Source: a virus
DNA length: 64,000 bases
Virus record (IMG/VR): IMGVR_UViG_3300043313_001040
Location: 8,015 to 72,014 of that record
Direction: 5' to 3' (one strand)
Shown: positions 27,556 through 38,200 of the stretch, in pieces
How the letters are laid out: every line of letters begins with the position of its first letter
Position numbering within the stretch: the first letter of the stretch is position 1
The notes under the pieces: model-generated
What the model was told of the DNA's origin: nothing
The model's input: only the letters and a program-made list of their open reading frames with translations
The model's database searches: none
Program-made: the position numbers and the translations under genes

Positions 27556-29760
27556 ATGGTCATCACCTCCGTAGCTGGCAGAAAAGATCCCGAGCAGAAG
27601 ACGCACCGCACGGCCTGGCTGGCTGGCGGAGCTGCTGCTGCCGTGGTCGGCGGTGTCCTTTATGGTGGGATTAAAGGTTACCGTTTGCCCGGAGGTGGTC
27701 GAGGGCACTTGATTGACGCAATTAAGGCTTCTGGCGTCCGAGAAGAGGCAGCCAAAAAAGCTGCCATTACTTCAGCCGAACGTTTGCAGCACGCTGCAAA
27801 AATTGATGAGCTGGTGCCGCACATTGCTGCCGAAGTGGCCGAACACGGCCCTGCTCATCACATGAAGACGGCCCGCGAGATCACGAAGCTGCCGGAGCCA
27901 GGCATTGCGCCGACGCACGCCGACTTCGAAAATATTACCAAGGCTCGCCGATACGCAGTCGATGCGGCCAGGAAACATGGCACCCTGGCCCTGACTGACC
28001 CGACCAAAAGAGATTGGGTCTACTGGGCCAAGCCGTTACATGGCGATAAGCCGACGCGCGGTCATTTCTTTCCGCCAGAGACGGCGCGCGAGCTTGATCA
28101 AAAGTGGATTAAGAAAGAGGCCAAGAACCGGATAACTCAAGATCCGGAATACGTTCATCCACGGGCTGTTCAAAAGGCACTGGAAACCCGTGGCCTTAGG
28201 CAAGCAGGCGTGCGGGACCGTCGCGGCCCTGAGCATCTCCGCTCTGATGCTACCGAATGGCGTCCAGTCATTGACCCAAAGACCGGCCGCCAACAAGGCA
28301 AAGGAAAGCCCAAGGAGCTAATGGCGCTCTTCAAGCGAATTGAGTTCGATGTTTCGCTAAAGGAAGGTCGTGGTGCCAACGGTAAGTTCACGTCCAACAA
28401 CGGGATGCCGCCACTATCGCCGCGCGACCTCCAGTATGCGTATCACGCGCCTCTGATTCGGCAGCACAACGAGCGCGAGCAGCCAAAGGGAATTTCGACT
28501 GGCAAGAAGCTGGCCATCGCGGGCGTGGGAGCAGCCGTGGGTGTAGGAGCACTCGTGCTGGGGAACAAAGCTTTCCGGAACAAGATCATAGGTAAGGCGG
28601 CAGAGGAGGCTGGGGTTGCCACGGAAGCGGCCAGTTCTAAACTGCCTAAGGGAACACGAGAGGCTGTCGAGTCGGCATTTACCCAGCGCAATGATGCCAA
28701 TGTTAAGGCCCTTCGCGCTGAAGCAGAACGCAAACTTTATGCGCAAGAGCTACGGCACTCAGAGGAAGTAGCCGGGCTGAAATCAACCATTGAGGCTCAT
28801 GCTCCAGCTTTGGCCGCGCGAGATGCACTGAAAGACAAGCACGAGAAGACTATCGAACATCTTCATGGCGAGTTGAGCAAGCTGCGGACTATCCTTAAAA
28901 CCGACCCGGCTGGTCCTAAACCGGTCTTTACTCCGGTAGATCGGTTCAATCGTCCAATTCATCAGCGTGCGGCATACACCCATGATAAAGCCATCACCGA
29001 GTTGCACAATGAAGCTGATCGTCATATCGAAGACGCCAAGACAACTCTCGGCGGTGTTGGGTTACGCCTGGAGAAAGCCCATGCTGATCCGAAGACGAGT
29101 CCGCTGCAAAAAGCCAAGCTTATAATCGAAGAGCGACACCGCCGAGCACAACTCGACCAGCATCTTCAGCACAAACAGAAGATCTACGAAATCGACAAAG
29201 TTGGCGACCTGGATGCCAAGGCTCAAGAGATCAACTCGCTGTATAAGTCGATGCTTGGGGTTCGAGGAACTACCAGGGCGAACATTGATGCTGATCACGC
29301 AAAGTTGAGCGCTGAAAATCGCGCAGCTAGGGCGGCGGGCAAGAAGGCGGAGATGCCATTTGGCGACGTAATTTCAATCAGTCAACGAGGCATTGCAGCC
29401 GTTGAAGGCACCGGCGTTAAAGGCCACGGCGGAAAAAAGAAGAACACCAAGAACTATATGTCCGATCAGCGCCTGGCGACTCGACTCTGCCGCGCATTGA
29501 CCAAACCCGCGTTCGAACTCGTTCGGCTAACTCCGCGTATGATCGAGCTGGGCATTGGTGGAGAGCCAGCTCTCACCAGGGATGTGTTCTCCGGAATTGA
29601 AGAATTCCTCGCCAACAAACGAGCCAGGCTGGGCAAATTGAATCTGACTCCCAGGAAAAAATTGACTGCAGCTAATTCAATGGCTGATCTACCCGCCCAC
29701 GAACGTTCGTTCAAATATTCAGCAGGCATGGTTCCCATTCGCAAGTCGCAGCTCGGTTGA
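27556..29760 (+). CDS. Large putative internal/ejection polyprotein
   Basis: Two Gly/Ala TM-like helices, coiled coil, ELMALFKRIEF, RGANGKF motif. Confidence 0.65.
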   Translation: MVITSVAGRKDPEQKTHRTAWLAGGAAAAVVGGVLYGGIKGYRLPGGGRGHLIDAIKASGVREEAAKKAAITSAERLQHAAKIDELVPHIAAEVAEHGPAHHMKTAREITKLPEPGIAPTHADFENITKARRYAVDAARKHGTLALTDPTKRDWVYWAKPLHGDKPTRGHFFPPETARELDQKWIKKEAKNRITQDPEYVHPRAVQKALETRGLRQAGVRDRRGPEHLRSDATEWRPVIDPKTGRQQGKGKPKELMALFKRIEFDVSLKEGRGANGKFTSNNGMPPLSPRDLQYAYHAPLIRQHNEREQPKGISTGKKLAIAGVGAAVGVGALVLGNKAFRNKIIGKAAEEAGVATEAASSKLPKGTREAVESAFTQRNDANVKALRAEAERKLYAQELRHSEEVAGLKSTIEAHAPALAARDALKDKHEKTIEHLHGELSKLRTILKTDPAGPKPVFTPVDRFNRPIHQRAAYTHDKAITELHNEADRHIEDAKTTLGGVGLRLEKAHADPKTSPLQKAKLIIEERHRRAQLDQHLQHKQKIYEIDKVGDLDAKAQEINSLYKSMLGVRGTTRANIDADHAKLSAENRAARAAGKKAEMPFGDVISISQRGIAAVEGTGVKGHGGKKKNTKNYMSDQRLATRLCRALTKPAFELVRLTPRMIELGIGGEPALTRDVFSGIEEFLANKRARLGKLNLTPRKKLTAANSMADLPAHERSFKYSAGMVPIRKSQLG
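27784..27799. repeat. 16-bp palindrome copy 6 (within CDS)
   Basis: TTGCAGCACGCTGCAA. Confidence 0.9.
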
Positions 29761-29775
29761 CACCCTTGCTTCGGT
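29757..29775 (+). promoter_or_regulatory. TTGACA-N13-GTG late element
   Basis: TTGACA cccttgcttcggt GTG. Confidence 0.65.
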
Positions 29776-31017
29776 GTGAACGAAGTTAAGGTTACCTATT
29801 TCTCCGACATCCTCGGTCGATTCGACAAGGACTCGGGCAAAATCTACGGTGTATCAGTTATCACCGAAGGCAAAGCGAAGGGGCACGATCTGATCGTCGA
29901 TTCCCAGACGCTTATGGAGATCAAGGAGGCGGCTGAATCCTGCCCAGACGGTCGACTGAAGACCAAGCTCAACCACCGCAGCGGTGTGGAATCTGTCTTC
30001 GGTTACCTGGAGAACTTCCGGGTCGACGGTCCAAAACTTCTGGCAGATCTGAAGATGCTGAAAAGTCACAAAGATTTCGAACAAACCTTCGAACAAATCG
30101 AGTCGCTTCCGAACGCCATCGGGCTCTCTGTTGCCTTCGTTGGCAAAGAAGAAAAGAACCGGTCTGGTCAGAAACTCGCTCGTTGCCGAGAGATTCTTTC
30201 CGCCGATCTGGTGCCTGAACCAGCGGCCAATCCGACCGGCATGTTTGAAGCAAAAGGAGCTGCCGTGGTTGACACCGAAAAAATAGATAACATGAGCAAA
30301 CCAAATGATCCGGCCGGACCGGCTAACGAGCCGGAAATCACGAACGCGCAAATCATGGCTTTCCTCCAGGAACAAGTCATGCCGCGTATCGAGGCGACTG
30401 AACAATTTCAAAAGGCCATCCAGGACGAACTGGAAGCCGCCGCTGGTGATCCGGAAGGCGCTGAAGATCCAGTGCCCGGTGCTGGCGATCCCGCCAACGC
30501 CAGTGCTCACAAGCCAGGTGCCGGTGGTGACACAAACGAAGGCGGAACTCGCGGTGGAGGGCCTGAGGGCAGCTCCATGCAGCGTGCCGCCGCTCGCCAG
30601 GGTGACCCCAATGCTCAGCCTGAGCCTGTCGCCGCTGAGATGTCCGCGCTGCGTGATGCGGTTATCAATCTGGAACGTAAAATCGCTGACAAGGAAAACG
30701 CAGAGCGTGAAGTCCAGTTCGAACAAGCACTGAAGGTCATCAAGGACAAGACCGAGGCCGTGGTTGAGTATGCGGCCCAGCTCGAACAGGACAACACTGT
30801 TTTGCTCGAAGCTCTGAAGACTGGCACCATGCCGGTCAAAAACCACAAGAGCGAGATTCTGCTCGATACCGGCAACGAAGCCGATTTCCAAACCCGCGTG
30901 AAGAAACACGTGGATGCTGGCAAGACCAAAAGCGAGGCAGTCATGCTGGCTCGGAAAGAAGATCCTGCAGCGCACACCAAATGGCTTGAGAGCCAGGGAG
31001 TCGTCACCACTCTGTAA
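29776..31017 (+). CDS. Prohead protease fused to scaffold
   Basis: GVSVITEGKAKGH, KLNH, IGLS, SADLVPEPAANPTG; acidic linker and coiled-coil C-term. Confidence 0.85.
   Translation: MNEVKVTYFSDILGRFDKDSGKIYGVSVITEGKAKGHDLIVDSQTLMEIKEAAESCPDGRLKTKLNHRSGVESVFGYLENFRVDGPKLLADLKMLKSHKDFEQTFEQIESLPNAIGLSVAFVGKEEKNRSGQKLARCREILSADLVPEPAANPTGMFEAKGAAVVDTEKIDNMSKPNDPAGPANEPEITNAQIMAFLQEQVMPRIEATEQFQKAIQDELEAAAGDPEGAEDPVPGAGDPANASAHKPGAGGDTNEGGTRGGGPEGSSMQRAAARQGDPNAQPEPVAAEMSALRDAVINLERKIADKENAEREVQFEQALKVIKDKTEAVVEYAAQLEQDNTVLLEALKTGTMPVKNHKSEILLDTGNEADFQTRVKKHVDAGKTKSEAVMLARKEDPAAHTKWLESQGVVTTL
30292..31017 (+). CDS. Nested in-frame scaffold protein (internal start)
   Basis: TTGACA at 30269 and A-rich leader before MSKPND at the domain boundary. 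Confidence 0.6.
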   Translation: MSKPNDPAGPANEPEITNAQIMAFLQEQVMPRIEATEQFQKAIQDELEAAAGDPEGAEDPVPGAGDPANASAHKPGAGGDTNEGGTRGGGPEGSSMQRAAARQGDPNAQPEPVAAEMSALRDAVINLERKIADKENAEREVQFEQALKVIKDKTEAVVEYAAQLEQDNTVLLEALKTGTMPVKNHKSEILLDTGNEADFQTRVKKHVDAGKTKSEAVMLARKEDPAAHTKWLESQGVVTTL

Positions 31018-31034
31018 AAACCAGACCCAAACAT

Positions 31035-31403
31035 ATGAACCACAATAACGTAATTTCTCTCCCAGTCGGTGCTTCAGCGTTGGTCGCGCATCAGCGCGTC
31101 CGGCTGGCTGCTGGTCTGGTGGTGGCTGCCGGAGCTTCTGACAAGGATTGCCTCGGTCACGTCCTTCAGGACACCGTGGCTGGCGGCACTGCTGACATCG
31201 CGATCAAATTCGCGTCAGGAATGCACTATGCAATCGCTTCTGCCGCAATCAACAACGGCGATGCGGTAACCGGCGCGGCCGGTGGCAAAATCGTGGCAGG
31301 TGCTGCCGGAGTCGGCGGCGACGTAGCCGTGGCCCTCAGCGGTGCTACCGGAGACGGTTCGATCATTCGGATCATCTACGTGGGCAGCAACGCCGGAACC
31401 TAA
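31035..31403 (+). CDS. Capsid decoration/cement protein (DUF2190-like)
   Basis: Ala/Gly-rich, ASAAINNGDAV..AAGGK; precedes MCP. Confidence 0.8.
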   Translation: MNHNNVISLPVGASALVAHQRVRLAAGLVVAAGASDKDCLGHVLQDTVAGGTADIAIKFASGMHYAIASAAINNGDAVTGAAGGKIVAGAAGVGGDVAVALSGATGDGSIIRIIYVGSNAGT

Positions 31404-31428
31404 TTTCAACTAACCAGAACCACACACT

Positions 31429-32385
31429 ATGTATTCCAACTCCGCAGCAGTAATCCGCCAGGACCTCAGCGTATTCGCAGAAGAAGCGGCTGGAGTAGAC
31501 AACTACTTTATCGCCAGCAAGATCATGCCGGTGATCGAGTCGCCCGTGAAAGCGGGTGTCTACCCACGCATCCGCATCGCAGGAGGCCAGCTCATGAAGG
31601 CTGAGTCCACGCGGCGCGGTCCGACCGGCACCTACAACGAGATCGACCGTAAGATCGAGACGGATACCTTCGACTGCGTGGATCGCGGTCTTGAGGAACG
31701 TATCGACGACGTGATCGCTCGTGACCTGGAGCGCTTCTTCGACGTGGAGGTTCTGACGACGAAGTTGATCACGCGCCAGATCATGATGGACTACGAGATT
31801 CGGGTCGCTGCGGCGATCATGAACACCTCGACGTTCAACACGACTGCGTTCACGACGCCGCTGACAGAAGCGAACGTCGGAACAATCGACGTGGTGGCCG
31901 ACATTTTTGCAGCCAAAGAGCGCCTCACCCGGCGCGGCATCGTCCCGAACACGATGATCATGACCGACTCGGTGTTCAACCGAATCCGTCGGACCATCAA
32001 ACTCCAGACGTTCCTGTATGGAACGCTCGGAGCGGGCACCGGTTACCGCCTGGTCAACGCGCAAGACATCGGCAATGCCCTGGGCATCCCGAACGTCTTC
32101 ATCGCGGCGGCGACCTACGACCGTGCGGATAAGGGCCAGGCCCCAATCCTCACTCCAGTCTGGGGCAACGAAACAATCTGGATCGGCTACGTGGCCGGTG
32201 GCGACTTCAGCGCGATGGGCGCGGGCCGAACAATCGTGTGGAGCGCAGACGCCCCCGGGATGTTCGTGACCGAGACCTACCGTTCGGAGCCACGGCGTGG
32301 TGACATGGTTCGGGTGCGTATGCACTCAGCCGAGAAGATCATCGACGCGACGGCGGGCGAACTGCTCACGACCGGATGGGCGTAA
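31429..32385 (+). CDS. Major capsid protein (HK97 fold, lambda gpE-like)
   Basis: FIASKIMP, CVDRGLEERIDD, YEIRVA, YRSEPRRGDMVRVR; biased codon usage. Confidence 0.9.
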   Translation: MYSNSAAVIRQDLSVFAEEAAGVDNYFIASKIMPVIESPVKAGVYPRIRIAGGQLMKAESTRRGPTGTYNEIDRKIETDTFDCVDRGLEERIDDVIARDLERFFDVEVLTTKLITRQIMMDYEIRVAAAIMNTSTFNTTAFTTPLTEANVGTIDVVADIFAAKERLTRRGIVPNTMIMTDSVFNRIRRTIKLQTFLYGTLGAGTGYRLVNAQDIGNALGIPNVFIAAATYDRADKGQAPILTPVWGNETIWIGYVAGGDFSAMGAGRTIVWSADAPGMFVTETYRSEPRRGDMVRVRMHSAEKIIDATAGELLTTGWA

Positions 32386-32398
32386 TTGGTAACTGACT

Positions 32399-32818
32399 AT
32401 GGCAACACTCGTAATCGTCCCAGCTAACGTAATCGCCAGTCCCAGTGCCACCAAAGGAACTGGGGTAGCTGGAGTTACGATCACGGCAGGCCAGGTCCTC
32501 TACAAAGATGCGGCCGACTCGAACAAGCTGAAACTGTCCGACGCCAACGGCGCAGCCGCGCTGCGTGTCGTCGACGGCATCGCTCTTCACGGGGCGTCAG
32601 CCGGTCAGCCGATTACCTACGTTACGCGCGATCCGCTTCTGGTGCTGGGCACCACCCTGGTTGCTGGAACGTCGTATATGCTGGCGTCTGATACCCCTGG
32701 CGGTATCGCTCCCATCGCAGATGCGGCTGCAGGTGATTACGTGACTTCCTTGGGAGTCGCTCATAGCACGACCGAGCTGAATTTTCAGCCTGTCGCTTCA
32801 GGAGCAGTTAAAGTCTAA
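32399..32818 (+). CDS. Head-associated structural protein
   Basis: AGVTITAGQVLY..GIALHGA..GQPI, cement-like. Confidence 0.7.
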   Translation: MATLVIVPANVIASPSATKGTGVAGVTITAGQVLYKDAADSNKLKLSDANGAAALRVVDGIALHGASAGQPITYVTRDPLLVLGTTLVAGTSYMLASDTPGGIAPIADAAAGDYVTSLGVAHSTTELNFQPVASGAVKV

Positions 32819-32843
32819 TTTCTCATAGGGCAAGCGCGAACAC

Positions 32844-32882
32844 GGCCGCTCCGGGCGCATACGGAGCGGCCTTTTCGTTTTT
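32844..32882 (+). terminator. Rho-independent terminator after capsid genes
   Basis: GGCCGCTCCG/CGGAGCGGCC followed by TTTTCGTTTTT. Confidence 0.85.
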
Positions 32883-32893
32883 ACTCCTTGGCG

Positions 32894-33496
32894 TTAGCTC
32901 CGCATTCCTGTGTGGTCGCCAAGTTGCCCCTCTTGGAAAGAGGGAGGACTGGCGTTAGCTGAATCCGTTACGTGCGAGGGGAGAAGACGCTTTGGAACAA
33001 ACATGCCGCAAGGGTCTTGCTCGATGTGACCGATTTCCATTAGGTGCTCGACCCACGACTTATCTAGATGCGGGGCCCACGGAATCAGGAAACGAATGAT
33101 GCCGTTCTGAGCGATGTAGAACGCTTTCTTTTCGGTAAGCTCGTTCTGGCCTTGAGTGGTGCCTGTGGTTACATCCGCCTCTTTTAATCCTGAAACTCGG
33201 TCGATGGCGTTCACGAACTGCTTCATTGCTTGACGCAGACTTTGATTGTCACCAGTAGTTGACCAACAATCAGCCTGTTCACGAATGAACATCAACACCT
33301 TGTCCTTCTCCTCGGTGGCTTGTTGGAGGGCTGAGAGGATGATGGGAATTACTTCCTGATACTGCGCTTCCTGTTTAGCTTGGAACTCGCTCGGAGTGTA
33401 AAACTCAATGTCCGCTAAAAGGTTCTCGACGCACAGCTTTTCAGCCGCGTTCCTTGCAATCTCCTCTAGTTTCGGTGTGATTTTTTGTTGGTTCAT
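32894..33496 (-). CDS. Hypothetical moron-like gene, antisense within structural operon
   Basis: 200 aa ORF with (CAA)n leader. Confidence 0.65.
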   Translation of the reverse strand: MNQQKITPKLEEIARNAAEKLCVENLLADIEFYTPSEFQAKQEAQYQEVIPIILSALQQATEEKDKVLMFIREQADCWSTTGDNQSLRQAMKQFVNAIDRVSGLKEADVTTGTTQGQNELTEKKAFYIAQNGIIRFLIPWAPHLDKSWVEHLMEIGHIEQDPCGMFVPKRLLPSHVTDSANASPPSFQEGQLGDHTGMRS

Positions 33497-33524
33497 GTTT
33501 TACTTTTTATTGTTGTTGGTTTAC

Positions 33525-33544
33525 TTGACACTGAAATCTTAGGT
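33525..33544 (+). promoter_or_regulatory. TTGACA-N14-ATG late element
   Basis: TTGACA ctgaaatcttaggt ATG. Confidence 0.65.
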
Positions 33545-33865
33545 ATGGCCGATCCGACCAGGTTCATCAAAGGCATGGAGCGAGCCAACCTGAAGTCGCT
33601 CATGATCATGAGCGAGCCTGCCACGCTGAATGGCCACACGATCCGCGTTGCCATTGACGATCTCTCAGCCACTTCTTATGCTCGATCCGGTGGCATCAGC
33701 GCCGGTGTGGAATCAGCCGTGTTCGTTGGCGACGAAGAGTTCCACGCGGCCGGTGGCAAGAAGGGTTCCGCTATCACTTTCCAGAATGGCAAAACCTCAA
33801 TCGTCCAAAAGATCAGCGACTTCGAAGGCGTGCTTTACCTGCAGCTCGCACCCTTCAGGCCGTAA
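33545..33865 (+). CDS. Head-tail joining protein (gpFII-like)
   Basis: Position, size, beta-rich; start MADPTRF. Confidence 0.6.
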   Translation: MADPTRFIKGMERANLKSLMIMSEPATLNGHTIRVAIDDLSATSYARSGGISAGVESAVFVGDEEFHAAGGKKGSAITFQNGKTSIVQKISDFEGVLYLQLAPFRP

Positions 33866-33868
33866 TCT

Positions 33869-33884
33869 TTGCAGCACGCTGCAA
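33869..33884. repeat. 16-bp palindrome copy 7 (intergenic)
   Basis: TTGCAGCACGCTGCAA. Confidence 0.9.
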
Positions 33885-33885
33885 T

Positions 33886-34299
33886 ATGGCTACTGACCCG
33901 AACACGTCGATGAAGACCAGGGCCGGAGAATTCTTCCGGAAGAACCTGGACATGAATGAGATCAAGTTCTTTCAGAACAATGCGGACACGGACGCAGCGC
34001 CACCCTACGGCGTCGTCACCGTCACCAGGATGCAGGAAATCGTTCCTAATACGCACGTGTTCAACGCCGAGGTCAAAATTGCCGTAGTGACCTCCATCGA
34101 CATTTCATCCTCGGAACAGCACGATACGCTCCTGGAACTGGTGCAGGATAAGCTGGCTCAGATCCCCAAGCGCGTCACCGATGACGACATTGGTATCCGG
34201 ATCTTTGGCTGGGTCGAACTCTACAGCGAGAGCGTCACCAAAGATGAATCGCAATCATTCTCGGACGTTATTACGATCAAGCTGGGGTGCGGCGGTTGA
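33886..34299 (+). CDS. Tail terminator/completion protein
   Basis: PPYGVV motif, position before tail tube. Confidence 0.6.
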   Translation: MATDPNTSMKTRAGEFFRKNLDMNEIKFFQNNADTDAAPPYGVVTVTRMQEIVPNTHVFNAEVKIAVVTSIDISSSEQHDTLLELVQDKLAQIPKRVTDDDIGIRIFGWVELYSESVTKDESQSFSDVITIKLGCGG

Positions 34300-34314
34300 C
34301 ACGCGAAATAGGGT
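34296..34314 (+). promoter_or_regulatory. TTGACA-N13-ATG late element
   Basis: TTGACA cgcgaaatagggt ATG. Confidence 0.7.
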
Positions 34315-34674
34315 ATGCCTTCCGCTAATTACGATCAGTTCGGTGACCTAAGCTACCAGTTCGGCATCGCCGCTGCCGATACGACAATCGTCGCTGGTAT
34401 GGCGGTCGAACAAATCACCGTTACCGGCACTCCTGAGTTCGAGGCGATGGCGAAGAACTCTGGCGGCATGACTGCCTCCTACGTGCGAGGCAAAGACAAA
34501 TACGAATTCTCCGCGAGTGGCTTCCTAATCGACGAGTCTGCCTTCGACGCGGTTCCAAATTTCACCTACGACGGCCACTTCTTCATCATCAACAAGAGGG
34601 AGAAGGCCGACTCGAACGTTGATTTCCGCAAGTGCAACATCTCTGGTGTAGCATTCGCGCTGATCACCACGTAA
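34315..34674 (+). CDS. Minimal major tail tube protein
   Basis: 119 aa beta-rich ORF before chaperone and TMP; SNVDFRK. Confidence 0.6.
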   Translation: MPSANYDQFGDLSYQFGIAAADTTIVAGMAVEQITVTGTPEFEAMAKNSGGMTASYVRGKDKYEFSASGFLIDESAFDAVPNFTYDGHFFIINKREKADSNVDFRKCNISGVAFALITT

Positions 34675-34683
34675 TCTCAGCAT

Positions 34684-35256
34684 GTGCTGGATGACGGTTT
34701 CGCTGAAGCGTGGGTAAATCGCACCCATCGGGTGCTAGGCAAAACACTCCTTCCATTCAGTCTCTGGCACAGGTTCCAGATGCTGATTCTGGACTCGCCG
34801 TTCCTTAAGAACGAGATTCCGAAACCACTTGAGTTCGAACAAGCGATCCGCGCTTGCCGGTTGACTTATCCGGATACGGTCGACACCAAGATCAATATGT
34901 GGTCGCTGCGGTGGCGGTTGGCTGGCCGCAAATACATCGACGAATGCCTCGCGTTCGACGCTTACATGCGAGACTACTATTCTCCTCCTAAGTTCTTGCC
35001 GCCCACCAAGAAGTATCATCAGAAGGAGGTCAACCACCCGCCACCAGAAGAAATGCGAATCTTCAGTGCCGTAGTCATGCTGACCGGCTGGCCCGAAGAA
35101 AAGATCTGGAACATGCCCATTGGCCAGGCCTACTGGTATGCGGCCGGGCACTGGTATCAGCAGGGACAAGAACTCGACTTCTTGACACCGGAACATCTAG
35201 TGTTGAAGCAGCGCCTCGATAAAATGAAAGCCGACAAGGAGAACGCAGATGCCTAA
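34684..35256 (+). CDS. Tail assembly chaperone
   Basis: Between tube and TMP; EEKIWNMPIGQAYWY. Confidence 0.65.
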   Translation: MLDDGFAEAWVNRTHRVLGKTLLPFSLWHRFQMLILDSPFLKNEIPKPLEFEQAIRACRLTYPDTVDTKINMWSLRWRLAGRKYIDECLAFDAYMRDYYSPPKFLPPTKKYHQKEVNHPPPEEMRIFSAVVMLTGWPEEKIWNMPIGQAYWYAAGHWYQQGQELDFLTPEHLVLKQRLDKMKADKENADA

Positions 35257-38200
35257 CCCAGCTTTTGTTGGCACCGGTCTTACTGATCTCAAACAGGCAC
35301 TCGCTGGCCTGAACAAGGGTGGAGGCCTGGAGTGGGGTGGCTTTGCTGGCCTCAGCGAATTGGCTACCGGTGCAAGTAAGACTAAGGCAGTTATCGAGTC
35401 GATTAAATGGGCCGCATTCGCCAGGGCTGGTGTTGCGGGGTTCATGTCTATTGTCCCAGCAGCCTACGCTCTGATGTTCGGCATCCGGAAGGCCGTTACT
35501 GAGTCAGGAATCCTTCAGGCTGCGTTGCAGCGACTGGGTGAGACAAAGGTCCTCACCGCTCAGTTCACGCAGTTCTTGGGCAGCGTGCAGCTTGCGCGAC
35601 AGCGTGTAGGAGAGCTTTACGCTTTCGTGGCGAACTCGAAGTTCAACATGGGCGAGGCTGGTAACGCTTCGAAAACCCTTTCCATTCTGACTAATGGAGC
35701 CGAGGGCAGTATCGGCAGCCTTCAAATGCTCGGCCGGGTTGCAACTGCCACGGGCAATAGCCTGGAAGAACTAGCTCTCTATTACGGCAAGTTCAGCCAG
35801 CAAAGCCGCAATGGCGAGGACATCTCCGGCACCGTCCAGGCACTCAGGGAGATGGGCGTTATTACCGAATCGACGGCCGCCTCGCTGATCAACCTACAGA
35901 AATCGGGCGCATCTGCCAGCCAGCTCATGTCGGCGTTCAGGAACGACATCGCCGCCGTCGCCGCCGCTTCGACCGATACCAGCGACTCCATTGAGGAACT
36001 CCAGGATCGAGTTGAAAAGCTCAAGCAATCCGCCGCTGCGGGCTTCGGGAAAGCCTGGATGAAACAGGAAGCTCGTGACCTGGAAGGTCAGGTCAAGCTC
36101 TGGACCGCAATTAGCGGCGCTACCGAGCAGTTTGGCAAGAGCCTGGAGTATGTCACAAGGCCCGCCAACAATCTAAAGAACGCGCTCTACGACATGGCGG
36201 GAACAGACGCGTTCAAGTCATCTCTAAAAACCTTGTCCGACATGGTGTTCATGCTGCCCATAGCCATTGCTGGATACAGCACGTTAAAAACATTGATGGC
36301 CGGGGAGTTACCCGGAAAGGGCTTGATCAAAACAGCGGGTGGCGCACTCAAGACAGTGTTAAATCCTGCTGCTGCCGCTAGGGGACGAGGAACTGCCCTG
36401 GCTGGTGCTGCTGACGATATTCTTGAAGTTGCCTTGGCTACTCAAGCAGCTGGCGGAACAGTCACTCGTGGAACAGTAGCGAAGCTGGCAGGAACCGAAG
36501 CACTAAGTAAGGGTTTCATGGGTCTGGGTAATGTTCTGAGTGCTGCCGGGGCAGGCATGGTTCGCGTCGGCGCGTTATTGGCCCGACTCGCCCCAGTGGG
36601 ACTGCTTGTTACTGCCAGCACAATGCTTTTGGCAAAAGCCTGGGAGACTTATCGTGATCGTCAAGAACGTGCCGCCAGTGCCGCCAGAGATGCGCGAGAC
36701 GCGATGGCAACACGATCCGGTTTAGCTAAAGAGATCGAAAGCGTAAAAACCCTTGATGACAAGACTCGTAAGTTGGCTGAAGCCCGCAAGTTGCTCAATT
36801 CTGCGATAGCCGAGCGTGCCAGAGTTCAATCTGATTCTTCCTCTACCGAGGATGAAGAGTCGGCCGCTATCGCTCTTGTTCATGAACGAGAAAGAGCAGT
36901 GAAGGCTATCTCGGAAATCAATGTAAAAAACCTGGGGATGACCGAGAAGGAATTCTCCTATCGTCTTCGGCAGATCGACGTGGAGAACGAGATTGCCGAC
37001 ATTCAGTATCAGGCGGCCATGAACAGGGCCAATGCGGTTCAGCGAGAGATCATGGCCAACACTCGTTTGGAAATGCTTCATAAAAGAATGGCCGAGCACG
37101 AAGCTATCCGGAAAGAGGAACCAGCGCTTCTCGCAAATCAGCAGGCCATTGATCAAGAACGAGCAGAACGTCGAGGCAAAGCTGCTGGCGCGAAAGGCGA
37201 ATTGTTCAATCTCAGCAGGGAGGCGGTAGAACTTCGTAAGGAGATGAACATGCCATCTCAAAGGAGCGAGACTCGTCAACGCGAGTTGCGCGCCAGGATG
37301 GAGATTAACCTCGCTCGTCAGCAGCAGCTTCAGGGACAAATCGCTGGATTCCAAAATCCAACCGCCAAAGAGGAGCAGTTAAAAGCTGAGCGAAAAAGGA
37401 TGATCGAGCAAGGCTCTTCCGAGCATAACTTGTTAATGCAGCAGGCGGAAAATGAGACCGATCCTCATAGGGCCAAAGAACTCCGACTGGAAGCTGCTCG
37501 CGTTGTGGCGAGAAAAGACGATGCGCTGAAAGAGGAGGCAGCTCAGCTTGAGGCTACTGCCAAAGAACGCAAAGCCGCTGCCGACAAAGAGATTCGAGAT
37601 TACGATACCAGCCGGTATGTTCGCAAGCTCCAGGACAAAGCAACCATGGCTGCCGCAGCCGGTAACTTTGGTCTCGCCGCTGCCTACCAAAAGGCCGCCC
37701 AGGATCGTGAAGACGCCACGAATGACGCGAACCGGTTAGACCAACTGACCCTTGAAATGGGTGGCAAGTTTGCCGCTGCCATGAAACTTTCACAGGAGCA
37801 GGAAGATCGGAAGAGAACCCGCGCCGCCACGGCCGAGGCACGCTTTGGACCAGAAGGCACCGCCACCCGCACGTTGCGTGAACGTCAGCTTGCGCTCGCT
37901 GAGCGCGGCCTTGGGATTCCAGGGTTCGCGGGTCCAGGAATCAGGGGAGCTGCAGCCGGTCGCGAGCTGATCAAGATGCAGGACATTGATCAATTCAATC
38001 AGACTCTTCAAGAGCTGATGCAAGGTATCGAGGCGACTCCGGAGAACGTCAAAAACGCCACTCGGACAGCTCAGCAACTCACGGCGGCTGACATTATCGA
38101 AAAGACTGCCGACCTGCAGGGAGTTGGCAGCATGGGTGACAGCCTGACCAGGGTAGGTGGTGGCGGCGGATTTTATGCTGGTGCAGCCGGTGACCCACAG

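Noticed and set aside
34674-35256. Programmed frameshift in the tail assembly chaperone
   Set aside because: A single ORF fills the space between tube and TMP genes and no convincing slippery site was seen
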